Shown here: in pieces, positions 55,370-64,000 of the stretch
Numbering within the stretch: position 1 is the stretch's first letter
Layout of the letters: every line of letters begins with the position of its first letter
Source: Eledone cirrhosa
Taxonomy: Eukaryota
Direction of reading: 5' to 3'
Assembly: GCA_964016885.1 (NCBI GenBank)
Contig: OZ024742.1
Span: 298,468,001-298,532,000, forward strand
Length of the DNA: 64,000 nt
Translations under genes and position numbers: made by a program
The notes under the pieces: generated by a model
What the model was told of the DNA's origin: nothing
What the model saw: only the letters and a program-made list of their open reading frames with translations
The model's database searches: none

Positions 55370-56159
55370 ATTAGTATTCATTTTTGGGATTCTGAATTAT
55401 TATTTCGTATTAGTTTATGTTTTGCACTGGGTAATTGCTGGCCTTGTGCCTAAAGTAGAAACAATTATTTCGTATTAGTTTCGGGACTCTGAATTATTAT
55501 TTCGTGGTAGTTTCTTTAGTTGACCTGTCACTGTAAGATATACTCGGTTGATTACTACTAACTCATAAAATTGTCTCACTACAATTCCGTCCCACCTAGT
55601 AAACTTTTCTATAGTTTAGCAGTACCAGTGAGAGACTTGATGATTGTGGTTAGGGAATAGTAACCAGAAATTGTTTTTTTATATTTTTAACATTCTTGGT
55701 ATTCTTCTATATATGTACTCCATATTGATTTACTTATTGTTTCGACCCCCCCCCCTCCCTAGTATACTTGCTTGACCTCCTGCCCTTAGGATCCTGCTGT
55801 AGTTGGCACTATCAACGCACAACTGGGTTTCCTCCACTCCCTTTCCCACTTTCTTCTACTGGCAGGTTCAGCTACCCCTTCCCTCCACAAATTGCCATGA
55901 TAGAATTATGTGTCTCAACAACAAACTTTTGACCAATCCTTGTGACAATCACTTTTACCGTATATGGAATTACCTCCTGAGAAGCTCGGCTATTCATATA
56001 CCAGGATAAAAAATGTTCATTTAGTCCAGAATTAGCCGTGGAAACGGCTTGAGCTCAGCCGTCGGGGTCCTACTCGTTCCTATTACCCACTCTACTACCC
56101 TAAGTATTGAGTACTTTGGTGCGTTATGGTCCACCTGGTTCCTTACCACATTTCCTTCG

Positions 56160-56162
<3 letters not shown>
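55370..56162 (+). mobile_element. HHR-bearing non-coding element, copy 2 (HHR 55972-56068)
   Basis: acctc-CTGAGAA-gctcggcta...tagccgtg-GAAACGGCT-tgagctc-AGCCGTC-ggggt; contains a SINE tail insertion flanked by an 18-bp duplication. Confidence 0.72.
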
Positions 56163-56220
<58 letters not shown>

Positions 56221-56227
<7 letters not shown>

Positions 56228-56638
56228 GTAGAAAACTGGAAGGTAATATCCGTAGTGGTAGAGCACTCAATCCATGGGACGAGTTAGGTAGAAGTGGTTA
56301 CACAACAGTTAGTTCACCATACCGAGAACAATTGTTTCACCTTAGCGGATCCTCAGCTCATAATTGTGTTGTATAACCACTTTTACCTAACTTGACCGAT
56401 GGACTGAGTGCTCTACCACTACGGATATTACCTTCCAGTGTTCTACCACTATATACGTCTCCAGCAACGGTCAGCAGATTCTTTTCACCACGTAGAAGTT
56501 TGGCTTTTAGCAGATTCTTCACCACGTGCGAATTTGGCTTCCTACCCTGGGAGCGCTCTCTATATCCTCGTGTCCTACACAATTTTGTATCTCATGAACG
56601 TCAGTATGGATTTATACGAACTGGATTACTCCCTGAAG

Positions 56639-56643
<5 letters not shown>
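56221..56643 (-). mobile_element. Fold-back module with a hammerhead in the loop (56324-56359, minus)
   Basis: Arms 56221-56306 / 56367-56452; gag-CTGAGGA-tccgctaaggt-GAAACAATTGTT-ctc. Confidence 0.72.
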
Positions 56644-56685
<42 letters not shown>

Positions 56686-56690
<5 letters not shown>

Positions 56691-57707
56691 TTGCGAGGTG
56701 TTTGATATGAAATCGTGTGTCGAAACAAATATTGTTATACTTGGGGAGGGTCATATTTGTGTAATAATATTGCCAGAATTAATAACAGAACACACTCACT
56801 GTTTGGTTGGTTTTCGCTTCTGTGTCTTTTATATCGGTTAATTTAATTTATTCGATCCTCAATGTTACCATTGACTGAACAACGGTAAAAAATACAGATA
56901 TAATATAGACACAAACACATATATATAGTCTAACAAAGTTCTTTCGTTGCACATCTGCAACATCCTCAGTGGTGCTATTATGTTTCTTCCCGTTGTATTG
57001 TATGCCTACGCCATCTTTATTTAGTCTGTTTATTTATTTATTTATTTATTTATTTTTTGTCTTCTCTGCGCATGCGTTTACGTGTGTGTATAGTGTTTGA
57101 TGTGTGTTCGTGTTTGGGTGACTGTGTATTGGTTATTGTATTCTATATTAGTTTACTAGTGTGTGTTTATATGTGTTTGTTGTTATTGTGCTTGTGTATG
57201 TATTTATTTATATATTTATACTTCTCTTAGGTCAGTATTGTTTGTTTGGGTGTTGTTGTTATTCCATTCATTTTTTCTGTTTAGCCTTGGCCTTCTAAGT
57301 TCTATTTCGCTGGCCTCTCTGATTTGCCTATCTGCTGGGTCATTTCTATGTTTAGATATTATTCTAATTTCTATGTTGTCTATGTTACCGTCGTGTTGAT
57401 GTCTGGCATGTTCGTATATAAATAAATAAATACATACACAAGCACAATAACAACAAACACATATAAACACACACTAGTAAACTAAGATAGAATACAATAA
57501 CCAATACACAGTGGTCAATCAATGGTAACAGTGAGGACCGAATAAATTAAATTAACCGATATATAAGACACAGAAGCGAAAACCAACCAAACAGTGAGTG
57601 TGTTCTGTTATTAATTTGGGCAATATTATTACACAAATATGACCCTCCCCAAGTATAACAATATTTGTTTCGACACACGATTTCATATCAAAAACCTCGC
57701 AAAACTA
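56686..57707 (-). mobile_element. PLE 3' fragment (GIY-YIG end) with pLTR and a deleted inverted pLTR
   Basis: EHARHQH...RQIREASEIELRRPRLNRKNEW at 57415-57216; nested IRs 56686-56876 / 57513-57707 and 57119-57217 / 57415-57512; HHR-like core at 56930-56974. Confidence 0.78.
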
Positions 57708-57800
57708 ATTCATCGCCGTTATATATATATATGTTTATATATATACATACAGACATACACACACATATATATGCATATACAGTACTTAATTACATATAAA

Positions 57801-59043
<1,243 letters not shown>

Positions 59044-59390
59044 ATATGTGTATATACAGTACTTAATTACATATAAATCAAATGAAATTAACAAAGGACT
59101 GAAACTACCAAAAGGAGATGTTTAACTCATTCATAATTTGAGGATAAACAATATTTTTCATACAGTGTAGGTTTAAAAAAATATCTCACACTGTTGCTGC
59201 CACCCTCTCTCTATAACTCTTGCAATTATATTCATCAATTCGGTTATTAATTTTATTTTCAGATCATGCCTTAAAGATAATAAATTTCAAAAAGATAAGA
59301 AGGAAAACATGATTCGATTTAATCTAATTTATATCTTTTAGGTATTATTTGTTTCCTTAAACAAGAAACAAACAAAACAAACTATATTCT

Positions 59391-59436
<46 letters not shown>

Positions 59437-59437
59437 T

Positions 59438-59511
<74 letters not shown>

Positions 59512-61341
59512 AAATTCCCTCCTTGTTATCATTTGACAAATGATAACAAGCACTGAGAATATAAAACTGTCTAATGATGACAATCACTCACTAATATAAG
59601 TGGATTGAAATTTATTATTATTTAGAGTTACTTCTGGGGAAACAATGTTAATAGAAAGCACATTGGGAATTACTGAAAAACTAGTAATCCATTATCATTA
59701 TGTTGTGAGAATGAATTATGGTATATGTAACAAAAAACAGAGATATGGAAAAGAAAGACATAGGAAGTGATGAAAGAGAAAAATACAAAGAAGCAAAAAT
59801 TTAGGAAAATTTAGCAGCAGATGAAGGTGAAGAGAAGGATAATGATAGAACATGTGATAATGAGTAAACATAGCAACACATGGCAAAAAGATTAAGAATA
59901 GTCTAAATAGAAGGATAAATGCAGAGAAAATGCAGCAATAGAATAAAATATTTACCATTATCAAGTATATTATCATTGATTTTTTATATTTTCTAATTCA
60001 GACAAGAAATTAACCCTTTCATACACGAACTTGCCTAAGACTGCTTTCTGTTTCTTATATAAAACTTCATTATAAAATGTTCATATTTGATTTAAGACGT
60101 CTTCCTTGATTAACTGAAAAATATTTTACGTAAATATGGTAAAATATAGGGTTAAACTTAATGATGAGATCTTTCTCTCATAAACTAAAACAAGGATTTT
60201 AAGGCAATATTTCTTATTAAAGCAAGGATTAGCCTTGCTGGTTCCGTGACAAGCTTCTTTATTGTGTTCTACTGACTACTAAAATTTGATACTTGAAATA
60301 ATACTATTTTTGAACAAAAAAACAGATGAAATTTAACTGGTATGAAAAGCGTGTTTGAAATAATAACAGGAAAATGGAATAATATTTTTTATCTAATTCT
60401 GTTGTTTTTTCTGTTGTCTAGAGATAGCTAAAGTATGTCTCTAGTTCCAAAGAGAAAAACACTTGGGAATATTTTTCTTTAGTCAGTGATTACCATGACA
60501 ACTTCACATGACAACGTTTTAAATTTGAAAAGACTGCAGCAGAACAAAATCAAATGATTATTACTGTAATGTTCATAGATCTAAAAATGTTTCAAATTAA
60601 TGTGTATCTAAGTTACACTTAAGTAAACAGTTACTGAAAGTCAAAATTGAATATTTGCTCCAAAAGAAAATATTTTTTAAAATGATTCTAATACATTTAT
60701 TATTACTTTTAAGAGCTATTTTGTTGTCGTTTAAGCATGATCAATAGTATATAGTTGGAACACACATATTCTTAGATTTCTATGCCAAATCTGTGGTATT
60801 CTGGTGTGCCATTATTTGCTCATTATAATATACCCCACAGTGAATCCTTACCAATTTAGATATCTTTATGAGATTAAATGACTTCAGAAGAAACTGGTTG
60901 AGATCGAAATAACTTTAGAGACAAAATTATATCAATACATTTGACAGAAAATATATATAACACCATATTCAGTTTTATGCCAGTTTTCAATGCTGGCATG
61001 GGCAGTCACACTTGTATATATATATATATATGCACGTGTATGTACGTATATAGATGCGTGTATGTATATATTTAATTATTATTACTTTTATGATTTTAAT
61101 AACCTCTGTCATTTTCGTTCTACTAATTTATTTACATTATTCTTAACTCCGAGGTTAACTTTGCCTTTCATCCTTACGGGGTCGATAAAATAAAGAGACA
61201 GTAAACAAACAAAGATGGTAATGCAACGAAAAGTGAGGTAGAAGGAGTCAAGTCCCTGAAATCGGTGAACATATGTTCTGTGAAATCATAGACGAGAGAG
61301 AATAAAGACCATCCGACCTGGTCGAAGTGTGAGTGAGGAAA

Positions 61342-61481
<140 letters not shown>

Positions 61482-61559
61482 CAAATTAAAAAATGGAATT
61501 AAAGACTCGCGTTAATCCTCTATAATTTAATGACCTCAAGGAATAGAATCCGGGCACTT

Positions 61560-61790
61560 TATAAGACAGTATATAGAGAAAAATACACAAAGAGGTATGT
61601 GTTCAACTATAGGGGATAGAATACCACCAGAGTGAAAAACATATTGTATACGAAAGGAATTTATTCTTTTAATTGATATGTATTCTCCATTCCTTTCATA
61701 TACACTATGTTTTTTCACTCTGGTGGTATTCAATCCCCTATAATTGAACACATACCTCTTTGTGTATTTTTTCTATATACTGTCTTTATA
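61560..61790. repeat. Fold-back (MITE- or pLTR-like) hairpin
   Basis: ~100-bp imperfect arms 61560-61659 / 61689-61790 abutting a TA tract. Confidence 0.7.
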
Positions 61791-61793
61791 TAT

Positions 61794-61866
<73 letters not shown>

Positions 61867-61868
<2 letters not shown>

Positions 61869-62085
61869 TCATCATCATCATCAGCGTTTAACGTCCATCT
61901 TCCACGCTGACATGGGTAGAACAGGTTGACCCTTAGGGAGAGAATCGGGTCTGAGGCCCATGTTTAGCTCACCCGGGGCAGATTTTGGCTTGGTTTCTAC
62001 AGCTGGATGCCCTTTCTAACGCCAACCACATTTACAGTGTGAACTGAGCGCTTTTTGTTGTGTCGCCGACACGACCACTTCACTG
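61867..62085 (-). mobile_element. RTE-tail non-autonomous element
   Basis: catcatcagcgtttaacgtcc tail and tttctacagctggatgccctttctaacgccaacc motif. Confidence 0.7.
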
Positions 62086-64000
62086 TGTTTATATTTGCAT
62101 ATATCATTTGTGTTTGTGTTTTCGTTCTGTATATTTTTATACATGTGTGAATAAAAGATTTTATAGCCTTGTTTTTAATAATCAATGCGAAACATAATTT
62201 ATATATAGATTATGGGTATATACATTTATATGTAGCACACATGTTGTATTTACAAGTAACAAAACAATTTAAAAACTAGATCTTGAGACATGTTGGTCCA
62301 TGCCAACTGACGCATTCGATCCAGCTAACCCCCACTTCTGATCTAGCTTGTGGCGTGAATAAAAACAAAAGCTACTGGTGAATTCCTATTATTTTAAGAA
62401 GGCATTCAGTTTGACTAAAGATGTCAATTCGCTCTCTGCACTATTTTCACTAAAATTCTTTATTCCATGTTTGTCCTTTCTTAATGTACATGTATTTAAT
62501 AACTACACACTAGTTTGTTGATCGATGTAAGTTTTTTTTTCTTTCTTAAAATAGAAATGTCTTTTTAAAATCTTAGAATTTAGAAAAGAAAAACTTAAAA
62601 TCTAAAAAGCGGAAAAGAAAAAAGAAAGTTATTAATCAAAAATTCTTGCTTTTTCTGACAAATTCGTTTCCTCTGTAGTTACAGAAGTTTTCTGAGCAGA
62701 AATGTTGACAGCAATGGGATTAAAGTTAGGAAACATAACGCACTGAACCAGATAATCTAAAGTAGGAAGTCGACGTGCTGCCATTGCACTATCTCCGTCG
62801 CCCTAAGGCCAATTTCGTTTTCGTAAACGATATGCAGTAATTGCCAAACATCCTTTTATATTCACTTATCAAATTATTTCTTTTTATCTCCGCGAAACAA
62901 GAATTAGCGGACGGATGTTGACATCAACTTGTTACTTTCTTTTCAAAAGAGAAAATCGAATTTTATACAGACGACATGTTTCTTGTATTCTTTCCTAACT
63001 ACTTTGAACAATTCAGAGAAGAAACAATTTAACTGATAGAAAACATTGAGGTGTACAGCCTCTAGTCGATAGCTTCAGTATAATTAACGGAAGTGGCTAA
63101 CATAGATATGTACATTTACAAAAAGGATAGGTTCCAAGAAGCGAATCAGTCTAGCTCCTACCCTTTCGAAAAATTTAGGTCACTGCACCCATCACACAGA
63201 TAACAAGTTACACACACTATATGATGGTTTTAACCCTATAAATCCCCTCATTAACCAGTTTATTATAAACAAGAGCAAAATACCGATTCCATCTCTAACT
63301 CTTCATGTAAATATATAATAATTTCCTGTGATTAGGGAAAAATGACCGACTGTCAGCGTTGCAGGAATATCCAAAATTGTCGAGGGGGACGAATGGTTTT
63401 ATGATCCGTGACATGATTTGGTGTGAGTGAGTGCGGATCATAAAACAAGTTTAGTAATTGTGTTGGTGTGGTCAGAGCATGAAATGTAGAAAAAAAAAAA
63501 AAAGTTTGTCAGCCTGCCAAACTGTACGTTGAAATTATTATTCTGTTGTGTGTGTACTCATTTGTGGAATGCTCAGTGATGTGGCCACTGTTTTGTATAG
63601 AGTATAGGCGAAGGAAGATGGATGTGTCAGATACAGTGTAACTAGAGATTACGGGTGTGCAAGGGAGTAACAGTGTCCATGATGATGTGAGGGTTCTTTG
63701 GGTCAGTGATGTAACTTGATCTCAATGGAAATGAAATATATAAACTACAATAACACAAAGCAGCTATGTTACTAATTTATTAAATATAACTTTCATCGAA
63801 GTTATACGACAATACACGAAGAACAATTAACCACAGAGGAATTGTGTGATGTTATGTATCAGGTATGATGCGTATGCATGTTTTCTTGAAAAGGTGGCAT
63901 TACAAATGTATTTACCAAATATCTGTTGATGGGATGAATTTCACTGACCTGGCAGAGCGAGAAAGAGAGAGAGAGAGAGACCCAAAGGGCTCGGTGTGTG

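Overview
AT-rich eukaryotic DNA made almost entirely of (TA)n/(TACA)n microsatellites and transposable elements. The SINE/RTE repertoire resembles an octopus-type cephalopod genome (inference). No host protein-coding gene can be supported, and most ORFs in the track are microsatellite artefacts. Recognisable elements: several RTE-clade LINE fragments with a PHD finger inserted in the RT, a CR1/L2-group LINE, a full-length IR/DR Tc1 (DD34E), an internally deleted mariner, a non-autonomous Helitron, tRNA-derived SINEs sharing 3' tails with the local LINEs, and many Penelope-like elements (PLEs), including a near-complete Naiad-type (YRDD) element. The most striking signal is about 17 type-I hammerhead ribozyme (HHR) motifs plus 2 weaker ones, from roughly 8 distinct sequence families. 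Nearly all lie in short fold-back (inverted pLTR) modules inserted in (TA)n tracts, and several have non-canonical cores (CCGA, CAGA, CUGAGAA). All folds and coordinates were read by eye and no activity is demonstrated.
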